Below are positions 50,978-64,000 of a stretch of DNA of 64,000 nt, in pieces. The position numbers were made by a program, and so were the translations under genes. Each line of letters begins with the position of its first letter. The first letter of the stretch is position 1. Below the pieces are notes generated by a model. It was not told the DNA's origin. It searched no databases and worked only from the letters and a program-made list of their open reading frames with translations. Source of the stretch: Azolla caroliniana (taxonomy: Eukaryota > Plantae > Polypodiophyta); contig JBHGNT010000001.1 of NCBI GenBank assembly GCA_043228905.1, forward strand, positions 23,312,001 to 23,376,000, in the 5' to 3' direction.

Positions 50978-53900
50978 ATGGAAAGTCTAGGGCCTCGCTA
51001 TAGAACAACAAAGCGAACCTTTTCGCATCATAATGGTGACTATGAAGATTATTACAGTAACAGACCAAAGAGACATGCACCAGATGAATCACAAAATGGT
51101 AGACCCGTAACACCACCGGGGATATCTAAGCCAACAGAGATAGTCTTCCGAATAATTTGTCCCGAGTCTAGGGCTGGTTGTGTAATTGGAAAAGGTGGCA
51201 GTATCATAAAGAGTTTGAGGCAGGATACTGGTGCAAAAATTACCATTGCAGATGCAGCTGAAGGTGCAGATGATAGGGTTATATTCATTTCCTCTGCTGT
51301 TCCAGAGAATCAGAATGGCTATGGTAGGGATGATGTTGAGAAAAGCAAGGAAGGTAGTAAGGATGATGCTGACAAAAACACACCTATCAACAACGATAGC
51401 TCAATGAATGAGGTCCTCTCACCAGCGCAAGAAGCACTATTGAAGATTCATGATCATATCATTGAGGGCAGTGACCTGAAAAGCGACTCAGAAGAAGGAT
51501 CTTCCCTACTGGTGACAAGGATGTTGATTCCAAGTAGTCAAGTTGGATGTTTGCTTGGAAAAGGAGGAAAAATCATCGAACAAATGCGTCAAGAAAGCAA
51601 AGCGAAAATCCGTATTGTAGCTTGTGAGAAGAACTTACTGGGTTTGATGCCATTTGATGAGATACTTCAGGTATCCTTCACTCATATATCATGTTCTATT
51701 TAATAGTCATTTTTGGGCCGCCATCTCATAGTGCATACATCTCTTATGCCCATATTAAAGCAAATAACTACTACGTGTGTGGACACCTTTTTTTTTCATT
51801 TGTACATGCACGTGGAATTCCGACCTACAATCTTCTATCAATTTATCTTGTTTGCATGCTCTGTGCATGCTGGTCATTGCCTCATAATCATTCTTTTGTT
51901 GGTTTTCACCTTTTTTCCATCCATATTATAATGTATTGCGTAAAACAAAAAGATGCATAAAACACTTTGTCTTGATTAAAATATGACTGTGTTCATCTGT
52001 TTTGGTTTTCAAATCACATTGAGTTTCCCCCCAATAGCATAGTACATTGCGATAAAAGAAAAAGAAGCATGTATACATCTCTTTCATCTCACAATAAGTT
52101 TGTTCATTTTTCCTTTTTCGTGGAGTTTGATCTCACATTGAAGTTTCTCATCAGTAATGTTATGGTAATGTATTGCTTAAGAAGAGCATGTGTTGATTTT
52201 TTTTTTTGTCTTGAATAATTTTTACTAATGTTCCTTCTTTGAGGGTTTTCACCTCGCATTGAGGTTTTGCATTGTGTAGAACACATTGTCCCGAGTAAGA
52301 TTTACCAATACTTACATTTTCTGGATTATCTCATTGAGCTTTCCATCTGTAATATTATGTTCTGTATTGTTTAAATAAAATATGTAGAACACTTTTCATC
52401 AATAAATTGGCTCAATATTCATGTTTAATTATTTTCACCCCACACTTAGGTTTTCTCATGAGTAACGAAATGCTTAACCCAAAAAAAGAAAAAAGAAAAG
52501 CGTGTGTCAAACACCTTGTTCGGAATAAATATTTAACCAATGTTTGTAGATCACTGGAGATGTGGATGCCATAAAGAGAGCTATCCATCTTGCAGCGCAA
52601 CGGCTTCAGGAGAATCCTGCACAAGAACATATACAGTTTTCTTCCATAGGTCCACCCCCACCCCGGACCGGAGTTGAAGATTTGGATGTGTCTAGGACCA
52701 TGTCAGATACCCGAAGAAGTGCAGATTTACATCAACAAAGGCATTCATCATTTACGCCAGATGTGGAGTCACTCAATGCTAGATATTCTCGTGGTTACCA
52801 AAGTGGAGTTTCTGAGTCGGCATGGCCTGGTCGAGCTGCTAAGGATGGGATCACATTCCGTATACTGTGTCCAAATGAGAAAATCGGAGGCATTATCGGT
52901 AAAGGTGGAAGTATCATAAGAGGTTTACAAGAAGATATCGGTGTGAAAATCAAAGTCATGGATCCTGTTGTTGGATCAAGTGAGCGGATTGTTGCCATTT
53001 TCTCAATTGAAGTATGCCATCTCTTATTGAGGTTCTATCCCTTTTAGTTAAATGACTTGAGATACGGGTATTGATGTTTTTCAGCATGCTATGCTCATAA
53101 GGAGTCCTTGGATTTAATGTTTCTTGGCTCTCTCTCTCTTTCTCTCTATCTTGCATGTTTCCCTTCCTGTCTCTCATTCTATATTTACATCATGTAGTTG
53201 AATGCTTGTTTCCTAGTTCTATGATCACTGTTTTCTTTTTGCTATTTTTATCTTTAGCTTCGTTCTGATAGTTGTATCATGTATGAGATTGTGGTTTCTG
53301 CATTTTGGTCTCATAGGTTAATTTGTATTTTTGCATATTTCATCTCTCTCTCTCTCTCGTGCATTTGGTTAGCATGCCATAGTGTGCCTTGGATGGATTG
53401 AGTGTATGCAAATTCGATTGTATACTCATTGTGGGAACAGAGTCAAGCCAGAAATTGGTTAAAATACATTTTTATGAAGAAAGTTTCTTCTTAGGTTTTT
53501 CTTTTTTGGTATTGTGAGTTTGTGTTTTGTATTAAGCATACCTTATTGAATGCAGCATCCAGAGGATGACATATCCCCAGCTCAAGAAGCATTACTGCAT
53601 GTCCAAAGCAAGATTGCAGATTTGGGGACAGATGAAGATGCCGTTATCACATCAAGGCTTTTAGTTCCATCAGATGAAGTTGGTTGCCTTCTTGGAAAAG
53701 GTGGGAGCATTATAACAGAAATCCGCAAATCCACTCGTGCAAATATACGCATCCTCGGCAAAGATGACCTCCCGAAATGTGCACCAGCAAGTGATGAACT
53801 TGTACAGGTCTCATATATATAATATATAATATAATATAATAAGTTCTACATCAGTGTGTTCTTCTTGACGAGAAAACACTAGAATACCCCTAAGCTTTCA

Positions 53901-55849
53901 AACAATTACCAGAATACCCCTCTTTAGCAGTAACCTTTTGTAATGCAGAGGGGAGGGATATTCTCATAATTCTTGGAAATCTTTGGTGTAATCTGAGGGT
54001 AATGCCCAAAATTTTAGGATTTGTTTTTGTTCTCCCTCCCTCCCCCCCCCCCCCTTTTGAGCTTGAATATCTCCTTACAAAATAGTTATGTCTTTCCTTC
54101 GATCTGGGTTGGGTCTATAATTGATTCAGATTGTGGGTGATATAAGAGTTGCTCGAGAAGCACTCATCCAAATAACAGAGAGGCTTAGACGGAAATGCCA
54201 ACAAAAGAAATTGCATGGAAATCTCGTTGAAACTCTAGCAAGATCAACAGATTCTTGGCGACATGATGTTGTATCTCCTGGAAGAATGGAGTTTCAAAGA
54301 CATGGCGTTCATGGTCTTGGACCACCATCATCGAGCTACCATTCTTTCATACCTTCTCCTGGACACTGGACTGGACAGGTTAATTATATTACCCTTAATA
54401 TTTTGAAGCATGTCTCAGGGGAGGAGATTCTGTAGGATCTATGTTTTCTTTTAATTTGGGTAATTTTGTGAGCATGTGTATAAGCTACACTATTAGGGGT
54501 CAACTAATGCGAAAATAGGTATTTTAGCTATTGGAAAGCATTTGTGATTTGGGTTTTGTGGGAATAGTTTCATCTACCTTTTTTCTCTTGCTTTAGGTAA
54601 TTGTGTGAGCATGTGCATAACTATACTATTAGGGGCCAATTAATACTAGAGCAGGTCCCATGAGCTATTGGAAAGTGTTTTAACTTCAGGGGTTAGTAGG
54701 AATATTTTCATCTATTTTTCTCTTAGCTTGATTAATTATTATGAGCATATGTACACCCACATTATTAGTTATTAATTAAGCATGAGAGACACACAATTAT
54801 GTAGTTATGTATATATAGGGTCGTAATAGTAATTTACTATTACCCTACTTAAGTTTATGCTGATAAATCAGTCTTTTGCAATCATCGCAAAAGACAAATG
54901 TTGTAAGTAGTAAACTTAAGTGTAGACATGACTTCAAAGTAGGATTCATGTATCGCATAAAACTCAATTGCAAGGTCCAAATAGGTGGAAGTGTTTGCGG
55001 TTTCCATTGAAAGTGAGTAAGGTAATTTAGGGTTGTAACTCTAAAACCTTGAAACACTAAATGCCATTAAAAATGTAGGTAATTTTCTTTTAGCTGTAAA
55101 CCCGAAACCAATGCCATTTTGAAGATGTCGTTGGGGTTTTAATGTGGTAATATTTTTTTTCAGGATGCTCCTGGAGTACGAACTTTTAGCGATTATGATC
55201 ATCCCCCACCGACACAACCACCCCTGGATTACAGGTATATGTGCATTTTCTTATGGGTGATGTTCGGTGGATTGATGCTGAGGTTCAGTTTGACAAAGAA
55301 CTATATTAATCAAATGTGTATCTGTATATACAGGCTAAGTGGTGCACTGGTGACAAGGACAACTGTTGAAGTAATGATTCCTGCACATGCAGTTACATCC
55401 ATCATCGGGGATGGTGGGAATAGAATTGTTCAAATTCGACAGGTATTGTGAAGTAACAAACTACTGCTTGTTGCCATTTCCCACTATAGTCTTTTTAGTG
55501 GTTTCCATTAGCATTTTCTATTAAAAAAAGTTTCACGAACCTATAAAATGGTAATACTTTATTGTGGATGAATTCATTCAAAAACTTGAATTCTTGTGAG
55601 ATTTAAGGGATTTAAGATAAAATCAGAGACTAGGATTTCTTCCCGATGGAGTGTTCACATGATATACCCCTTTTCCCTCTTTGATGGTTCCAGATGTCTG
55701 GTGCGAAAGTAGACTTATTGGACGTCGTTTCAGGAACATCAGAAGGTATTGTAAAGATATCGGGTACACCCGAACAAACCCAAAGTGCCCAAAGACTATT
55801 ACAAGAGCTTATTTTGAATGCGCAAACATCGTCTCTTGGCTACACTTGA
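50978..55849 (+). CDS. Five-KH-domain RNA-binding protein (HEN4 / At4g18375-like), 7 exons, 663 aa
   Basis: Exons 50978-51670, 52550-53011, 53556-53807, 54130-54378, 55164-55234, 55334-55442, 55694-55849 (1992 nt, GT-AG, phases compatible). KH loops VIGKGG, LLGKGG, IIGKGG, LLGKGG, IIGDGG; family motif SPAQEALL twice. Confidence 0.92.
54460..54750. repeat. ~138-bp intronic tandem duplication (2+ units)
   Basis: TGTGAGCATGTG.ATAA..ACTATTAGGGG.CAA..AGCTATTGGAAAG at ~54467 and ~54604, partial third at ~54741. Confidence 0.7.
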
Positions 55850-56259
55850 TCGGAGTATTGCTATATTACTTTGCCGCAACTTTACGTACACATTGTGAAG
55901 CACCACGACATATATATACATCTTTTCTGGCGGGTTTTATTTTGTCTTTATTTTTTTAAATTTACCGAGCGATGTCGTGTCGTTCAAGAGTTTTTGCTTT
56001 CCCACCATTTTCCATAGACAATGATGTGGAGGAAACCCAAAGGATTGGTAATGTCACTTTGTAAATGCCTTGTTCAAATCAATTTCAACATGTAGGAATT
56101 TTGCGGTTTTCTAATATCACGTAAACAAAGTCCCAAGTCATTCATGTTATGATGGACAAAAAAAGTGTTTTGAAAGACAACTTTGGGCGCAAGTGTAAGG
56201 TTTCTAGAAGTTGGAGTATATCCAATCTCATGTTTTGATTGTTGAAGATTAATGGATGT

Positions 56260-56460
56260 TTGTTGTTGACAAATTCCATAATGATAGAGCCTTGATGAGT
56301 GCAAAGAGCTGGGATGTGAAACACTAGGCCAACCTCTAAAATTCTAAAATTTTGTTATTATTGTTGTTGACAAATTCCGTAATGATAGAATCTTGATGAG
56401 TGCAAAGAGCTATGATGTCAAACACTAGGCGAGCCTCTAAAATGTTTAAATTTTATTATT
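56260..56460. repeat. 101-bp tandem duplication
   Basis: TTGTTGTTGACAAATTCC.TAATGATAGA..CTTGATGAGTGCAAA at 56260 and 56361. Confidence 0.85.
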
Positions 56461-57864
56461 ATTATGGCTAAGTTTTTCTCTCATATGTTAATGTTCCCCC
56501 TAGATATTGACTATATAGGTTGGGAATGAAAGGGAATTGTTATTACATCATTAAACTTCCAACATGCCTAATGCACTATACTTGTAAACTTTCATTTGGA
56601 ACAAAATCCTCATGATTAGGGTTTTATGTTGCATTGCATGAGAGATATTATTATTGTCCTCAGAGGTCTTTTAGTTCCATGGGAATGATGATGTGTGTGC
56701 AAGATGCCTATATGTGGTTACACCATTCTTCATCCATTTGAGGGTGGTAAGAAGGGCTTGACTCACTTCACACTGGGTCATTCTTATGAAACACACATTC
56801 AATATCCAATATCCCTTATTCGGTACTTGATTATGGGGTTGCCATGAGGCCATCGTTGTGAAAGGCATTCATTATGAAATAACCATGTGATAGGCCATGA
56901 GATTACTACGAAAATCCCAAGTCGAGAAATTGAGTTGAGGAAATCCCAAACTCAAGGAAGTTGAGTTTAGTAAATCTTGATTTGAGGAATTTCTTCCCCT
57001 TTCCCTTGACGTGATTCAACCTCTGTGTGTGTGTGTGTCACCACGGTTATACTCAAATGATTTACATAAGAATAGGGCTAACTACATCCAATTAATACAA
57101 TAAGACCTAACACTATTTCTTACAAAAGAAATTCCCTTTACAAACTTTACAATGTGGTTTCAAAATAATTACATTAATGATTATGAAAGTGTTTAAGTTT
57201 ATTACAATGGTGGTATGAGCATGGATTGGTTAAGCTACCGATATGGATCCAAGCTTCGTTGCCTTCGACGAGGTTGTCTACGATCAATGGCTACCCTGCC
57301 TTTTGTTGATGTGGGGGCATTTGTGCCACTTTGAACTTCATTCCTTGACTGATGAACTGAAGTGACTTCCAACCTCTTTTTTTCATGCTCGCTTGCCATG
57401 TTATGATAGCTTTTGAAGGTGAGAAGGTCCTAATGCAAAAGGCAAATAAAAATGAAGCAGGAGAAGTTGTTCAAACTCCACTCTCACCTTAACCCTAAGA
57501 TCAAAGTAGGAAGAAGAATCTCACAAACTCGTAGAATCTCAAAAAGAAGTAAGAAGAAGTTGATGCACACAACCCTGACTAAAAGATGGTCCTCTCCCCA
57601 AACCCAAAGTAAGTGGCGAATAATCCCTCTTCTCCAATTTTTATAGGAAAAGAGGTGCCCACTTATTGCATTAACGATTCACATACCCTTTTTCCATTGA
57701 AAAATCAAAGGGGAAGTTCTTTTTGTGTCAATAGGAAAAACACTCAACCTTTTTTGGACCCGCCACATCACGACAACGTAATCGAGGCCTTTGGCCTCTA
57801 CGCAAATGCTTCACACATCAAACATGTGTAATATGAATGTAGAATGATGTAATAACATATATAG

Positions 57865-58300
57865 TTGTGGAATGGAGTGATAACTACAAGTGTAGAACGA
57901 TTCTGATGTCCAAAGTATTATTTCAACCATCTCTCATCAGCATGGAGGCTGCAAATATCCATGAATTGAAAATGTTTTTAGGTCCCTTTCTCCTCATGAA
58001 TGGATGGATGAATTTATTGTTAGCATTAGCTTTGTTTTGGTGGGGTTCTTCTTCTCACCGAAACAGCCATCAACAAGCTGAAATGTTATATTGTGGAATG
58101 GAGTGATAACTACAGGTGTACAATGATTCTGATGTCCAAAGTATTATTTCAGCCATCTCTCATCGGCATGGAGGCTGCAAATATCCATGAATCGAAAATA
58201 TTTTTAGGTTCCTTTCTCCTCGTGAATGGATGGATGAATTTATGGTTAGCATTAGCTTTGTTTTGGTGGGGTTCTTCTTCTCACCGAAACAACCATCAAC
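57865..58300. repeat. 226-bp tandem duplication
   Basis: Near-identical units giving twin ORFs at 57867 and 58093. Confidence 0.9.
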
Positions 58301-59094
58301 TTTTGTATTGCTTATGATTTTATAATACCAGGGTGTATCTTTTGTTAAAATAAAATAAAATAACATATATAGTACACAATTGAGGCATGAACCTCATACA
58401 CATACATAACACATATGAAAGGGTTTGGTTGGGTTAGGATGCAAGAGTTCAATGCCGTGAAGTTATGTGACTACATGTGAAACGTGAACGAGACCATCGG
58501 GAACCTGAACTAGAGAGGATGGTTGCCTTAAGATGTTGATGTTAGAGTGCTCAAATATGTGGATTTCCACACTCGGTTTTCTTTCAAAGAATTGAATTTC
58601 ACTTTTTCAAAATTCTTGTTTGTGAGGATAACTTTCATGTGTGTGTGTGTGTGTATGGTATATTTTTGTGAGGGAATGTAAATATGTGATTGCATTCATG
58701 TGCACTTGAGCACAAGTGTTTCTATTTGAATTAGTATAAGGGGAAAGGAATATGTGTATTTATGTATGAGATGTTTAGGAGTGGACATGTGTGCCAATTT
58801 CTTCTTTAATTGACATGCGCTTGATGTCCAGAAGACGTCTCGTAGTTCAGACAAGGCTCAAACCCTGACCTCCTAGTACTAGTGTTAGCTTGTGAGAATT
58901 CAGATATGTCTTTTTGTTGTCTCTTACATCGTCTTATCTTGTGACCTTCTTTCCATCGTTGTATAAAACATGCGCGCATGTGCAACTCAAGAGGGACTAT
59001 GGGGACCTGAACCAGGAAGGACGTCCACCAAGAGAAGATTCTTTTGACCACTTTTGTCGATCTCTTTGCGTAATTTCCTCTTTTTATAATTTGC

Positions 59095-59385
59095 ACAAAG
59101 ACGAGGCAAATGTAAGAAATGACATGAATGCCAAAGACGATGCGAACGTAGGAGACAACATAAATGAAGGAGATGATGGGAACATAAGCGACAACACGAA
59201 CAAAAGAATCAATGTGAATGATGGAGTCAACATGAACGTAGGCGATTACGCGAACAAAGGAGTCAACGAGAACGAAGGTGATGATGTGAACAAATGAGTC
59301 AACATGAAAGAAGGAGATGATATGAACTTAGGCTATGACGTGAACAAAGGGTTGACGGAACGAAGGCGATGCCACGAAACAAGGA
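59095..59385. repeat. Decayed short-period tandem repeat (GA.G.GAAC.AAGGAG-like)
   Basis: Recurring GATGCGAACGTAGGAGAC / GATGTGAACAAA-type units. A related piece lies at ~60245-60295. Confidence 0.6.
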
Positions 59386-60825
59386 GTCAAGATGTTGTAA
59401 AGATTGCAGTTGTGTGTCGCAACACTTGGGGTTCTGTGACTCAGGAGGATCGATATGATAAGGCGTAATTGCGAATGGTGTGATGGCAAGAAGATGAGAC
59501 AAATGTGAAGTTGTTGAGGAAAATAAAATTAATTGATTAAAAAATACTTACAATATTTGCTTGCCAAAAGCTATTTTCGCAAGATTTAATCCTAACTGCT
59601 CGCATTTCATAGTAAAGGCTTTTCTAGTAAACCACTTCAACCTTTCTCTTTGTCTTTATATAAAGAACCTCTTTAGAAAACTTGAACTCACGATCTTTCC
59701 TTGGGAAAGAGTGTCACTTCGTCTTCTTTTGTTTTCTTTCCCCAAGTTTTGTGTATAGTCCAACCTATACACCACCCATACAAACCATCTACTTGAGCAG
59801 CCTCCTTAACAACACGCCTTCTTCACCCTTGCGAGCTCCTTCACTCGCTTTCTATGCCCTCCTACCATGGGAGAGGGGCTTTTATGGGGTACAAACCGCC
59901 AAGTTTGCCACCTTCCTTGAGACGGTTTGCTGACCTTCTGACGCGCGTGCGCTTGTGTTTTTTATTTTATTTTTAATCTCCATTATAAAATTACACCTTT
60001 TTACAAACTACAAAATTGTCCTTATTTTATTTAGACCTCCTTCCTATGATATAATTACATTTTTGTCCATGTCAATCTTGAACCTATTATGATCCTTCTA
60101 GAGGTTGATTCTTGGGCTTCCAAACTTTGATTCACAAACCGTAAAATCATACATGTTCCTTGTTGTAAGTTCCAAGTGGCGAGACAATATCATTCTTTAC
60201 CTTTTTCACATTGTTTCGATATCATGAAGCCTCAACTTCACAACAATGATGATGTCGACGCGAGCATAGGTGACGACACGAACGAAAGGGAGGCAAATGC
60301 TCCCATCGGCTACCACTTTTCTCCTTCTCTTCTTCTTTTCCATGAAGAACTTAGGAGCGTATTACCATGGGATTAGCTTATATATGCGTGATTGGAGGAA
60401 TACGTACAAGATTTAAGAGAAATTCATACAAGATTAGAACCAAAATGGCCTCTTTTTTAGGCCAAATATGCTACATTAGATTAGAAATCCATTGTAAAAT
60501 AGAGTTTGCAAATAACCGAAGTTTAATTACAAGGATAGTAATTTCAACCTAACCATTTGACATGAATGAAACAAAAGAAGAGGGGGGCGGTTGAGCTTCC
60601 GGTGAAGGTGAGTCAAGTGGATTGGTGAGACCTCGCCTATGTTCAACGAATGTCCCTCGAGTTGAAATAATGTTCTATGGCCACTTCGTCCTCCTTTCAA
60701 ATGGCAGGTAAGTGAGTTAGTCGACCCCTATATTTGAAGGTACCCTTGGGAAGCAGAATAAGAAGAAGCGCTAAGAAATGTAATGCTCACAAAGAAAAGG
60801 GAAAATAACACCCTAATACCTAAAG

Positions 60826-61323
60826 TAACAATCGGCAACAATTCGGTTTGAGAGGGTCCAAACTGAACCAGTTTGGAACCGAACTGTTTAAAATGTTTGA
60901 AACTTGAACCGAACCGAACCGAACCACGAAACCGTTAAACAATTTTCAAACTTTTAAACCATTAAACCGGGGTTTTGTGGTTCGGTTTCGGTTTTCAACA
61001 TAGGTCAAATTTCTACTTTCTAATTTTTAAAAATTTATAATATTTCATTTTTTAAAATATTTAAGATGTTCCTAAAATGTGACAATAAGGTGTAAAAAGG
61101 AAAGATTGTTTAAAAACAAACTTTAAAATTATTTAAAAAATAATAATTTTTTTAAAATAAAATAAAAAAAACAAAAACGTTAAATTGTTTAAACCACGGT
61201 TTTTGGCTGTTAAAACCAAACCGAACCATTAAAAAAAACCTAAACCTGAACTGAACCGAACAGTTGAAACCGTTTAGCCGCGGTTTCGCGGTTTGGTTCG
61301 GTTCAAACCGTTGCCGATTGTTA
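60826..61323. mobile_element. hAT-type MITE (498 bp)
   Basis: Perfect 14-bp TIR TAACAATCGGCAAC (60826-60839 / 61310-61323), 8-bp TSD ACCTAAAG/ACCTCAAG, clustered AACCG/CGGTT subterminal motifs and an AT-rich core. Confidence 0.88.
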
Positions 61324-61714
61324 ACCTCAAGTACATTGAGGAAAAGAAGGAAAACAACTAAGAAAAGAAGAAGAAGGGGAAGCAAAAACCTTAATGTTTT
61401 CCCCCAAATTACAAAATGGACGACAAGAATGGTACTCTCCAAAATTGGGCCCAAAATGGGCTCCATGAAGTAAGGAACCTTCTTTTATTTTTATAGAGAA
61501 AGCAACACCTATTTTTTAGGTTAAATGCTTTTATTCCTTTTTGCTTTCAAATTACAAAATAATAAACACTAGCAATGATTAAACTCTAAACTTCTTACAC
61601 GTTGTCATGCCCTAACCACTATGCTCTTCCACTTTCTACCTTTGGCGACACCATACTTCTTCCTTGCCCTTCAATATTTTATATGTATTTAACTTTAACC
61701 CATTTCCTATGTGC

Positions 61715-62050
61715 GCTCCCCGCATCACGACAATAGGGGCAATGATGGATGCTTGTTTTAGAAACTTGAAGGCGTTTTGGGCATCCGTGGTCCAGACAAA
61801 AGGAGTATCTTTGCTTGTAACCACAATCAAGGGTTGCGCAATTGTCAAGAACCCCTTGATAAATCATTGTTAGCAATTGCCAAACCTAAGGAATGACGAC
61901 ACATCTTTTAGTTTAGTCAAAGTGGCGTACTCTTGAATAGTCTTGACCTTCTATGTATCCATCGTGATTCCCTAGTAAGAGATGACAATTAGTACGTAAT
62001 ATGCTCGAATGCATTGGCAAACATTCTTTTTCATACGAATGCAAATGAAC
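61715..62050 (-). mobile_element. Ty3/gypsy RT/RNase H connection fragment
   Basis: FIKGFLTIAQPL..TSKDTPFVWTTDAQNAFKFLKQA..API. Confidence 0.75.
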
Positions 62051-63139
62051 GCGTATGCTATCACAACATTCTTATGTTTTTTTTACAGTTTTTACCTTAC
62101 AAAAATTTACCTTATAATGAATAATGAATACAAAAGTATGGTATTTACCATACTTTGAGGGTGTTTACCATACTCAAATGCAAATGCATGTATGGTACGT
62201 ATGGTTCATACTATGGATCATGACATAGTTAAGGAGTTCCGCGGCAATATGGTTAAACTTATATTTCTCTCTTTTGGCATATAGTTTGTGATCCTGAATG
62301 TTAGTCTTCGACACATTGCTTATAATCTTGTATCTCTTGGAATTAGTACGTTTACATTCTCTTTTACTTCCCTCTCTTTTTCTTATTCTTTTTTTACTAC
62401 CTAACATTCTTCTCTATTTCCCTCTTCTTCTTCTCTTCTTCAACTGGATATTGTTCCAAACTATAGCCTTGATAGTTTCTTGATTTATTTTTATCTCTCT
62501 TGGTGTGTTGTTGGCTAGGTGGTTTACACCATAGCCTCAAAAGTTATAACACTGAGAGAACCTAAGTTTTATCCTTTCCATGGGTAGTTAGGCCTCATCT
62601 CATAGATCGCAATAGATTGTCAGGGCCAATGCTTGAGAAAAGAGAATTAAAAAGAAAGAGCAAAACAAAGAGAGAAAACGGATATAGTTTTATTATAAGA
62701 GGAAAACAAGACTTGGATATTTCTAGGTATTTAAAATCTAGCAAGCTTAAGTATCTGAACCATTGCTTAAGTCAAATGCCACATAACTAAATGTTTTGCT
62801 AGAGTAGACAACCACTTGTCCATGACTTGTAATGGAGAAAAGTGGAGGAATTCCTAATATTTTTGAATTCAACATCCACACCAACTTTGGTTTTGAAGTG
62901 CCACTATATAAGCAAAGCATTGGAGAGTGGTATAATTCTCTCTTAGGTTCTCAATATTTTGTAGGCTCTCATTGGGAGTGGATATCTAGGTTTAAGCACA
63001 CTCTCTTAACTGAAGAAAGCAAACCCCATACTTGATAGAATTTTCTTATGAACATCTAGGGTCTACATTGGTTCATACTTAATGTAGCTCATCCTGTTTC
63101 TACTTTTGTAAGCCTTCTTTTGATTACATGAATACAACT

Positions 63140-64000
63140 CTTAGCCTTTGGCAATAACACCTTTGCTACAACAAGCTAGGAGACCACCTATAAAGGTGAT
63201 AGAATCGGGAACTATACCATCAATCTCCAACATGTGAAAACAAGTTAGTGTTTCATCAAAACCTCCATGTTCTATAAGCTCTATCATCATTGAATTCCAT
63301 GAGATCACATTTGTAGTTAGGAGCCTCCGAAACACATCTTCCTTTGCCCCTTGTCATGGTCTCTAAAAACTTCATGTTACAAACAAAGGTGGTTGAACTT
63401 GGTTCCGCATATACAAAGCTCTTCACCATAACCCTACTCAACATATAAACAAATCCTTGCAGTCTAAGAGAATACATTTCTTGCTAGTAGTCATGCTCAA
63501 CCTACTTTGGTTGTCCACCCTGGCTGGTAGTCTAAAAACTTCATGTTTGCATTTGGTTCCGCATATACTAAAGCTCTTCACCATGATAGCCATGCTCAAC
63601 ATATAAACAAATTCCTGCCGTCCAAGAGAATACATTTCTTGCTTGTAGTCATGCTCAACATATATACCCTAACTGCCCACTAACTATTGCTTCTGGAGTA
63701 TTAGTTCACAAAACACGTCCAATACTTCAATACATAGCCACATCTTGCATGCATATGTAGAAAGTGTCACAGACATTGCCCATCAAAACCGTCTTCAACA
63801 AATTGAGCTTGTATAGCCAACCCATCATAGAATGCATTTGTATTGGCCCAATCACTCAAGCCACATAGAAAGGTAACATCATCTGTTAGGATGTCCTTTG
63901 AATTAGCTGAAAATTCTTTGCATTGTAGGAACATACTCGGCAAAGTTTTGTACGTCAAGACCTTCTTCAACTGCTACAATTATAAACACGAAACAGTCCA
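63140..64000 (-). pseudogene. PLS-class PPR pseudogene fragment (extends beyond the window)
   Basis: NVISWNSMM..HGGFDETLTCFHML..GIVPDSITFIGGLLAC; DDVTFLCGL..IQAQFVEDGF..MHARCG. Stops, frameshifts and a ~150-bp internal duplication at 63360-63660. Confidence 0.75.

Noticed and set aside
57036-57776. Possible solo LTR (TGTCAC...CGACA)
   Set aside because: No matching TSD and no second copy in the window.
57867-58317. Twin small membrane-protein ORFs
   Set aside because: GTG starts, produced by a 226-bp tandem duplication, with no gene context.
58914-59297. 127-aa Asp/Asn-rich repeat protein
   Set aside because: TTG start; it arises from a decayed tandem repeat that continues with stops.

Overview
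Eukaryotic land-plant nuclear DNA. It is AT-rich with GT-AG introns, (CT)n/(CA)n microsatellites and a PLS-PPR remnant. The TE spectrum looks fern-like, which is inference only. Three intact host genes can be assembled by hand: a 14-exon PhoD-fold type II membrane protein (- strand, 1764-15401, 547 aa), an intronless FHA-domain protein (38332-39429) and a 7-exon five-KH RNA-binding protein (50978-55849). A PPR pseudogene lies at the right edge. About half the window is transposon. A full-length LINE (~18.5-35.2 kb) is split by a complete Ty1/copia (20082-25347) and a complete Ty3/gypsy (26389-33451). There is also a second copia (42472-47498), a hAT-type MITE and many LINE/gypsy remnants. Four observations stand out. 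(1) The PhoD gene has an unbroken spliced frame but has lost seven of nine canonical metal-ligand positions, five of them to Gly, and carries 22 luminal Cys, so it is a candidate pseudo-phosphatase. (2) An inverted pair of minimal type I hammerhead ribozymes lies at 16620-16677 and 17527-17584, resembling Penelope pLTRs. (3) The gypsy has a GGAUUUU slippery site plus a potential pseudoknot between protease and RT, and a 4-bp TSD. (4) A 14-copy promoter minisatellite in front of the FHA gene carries a gap-type heat-shock element and a GAGA tract in its unit. All calls were made by eye, with no database search.
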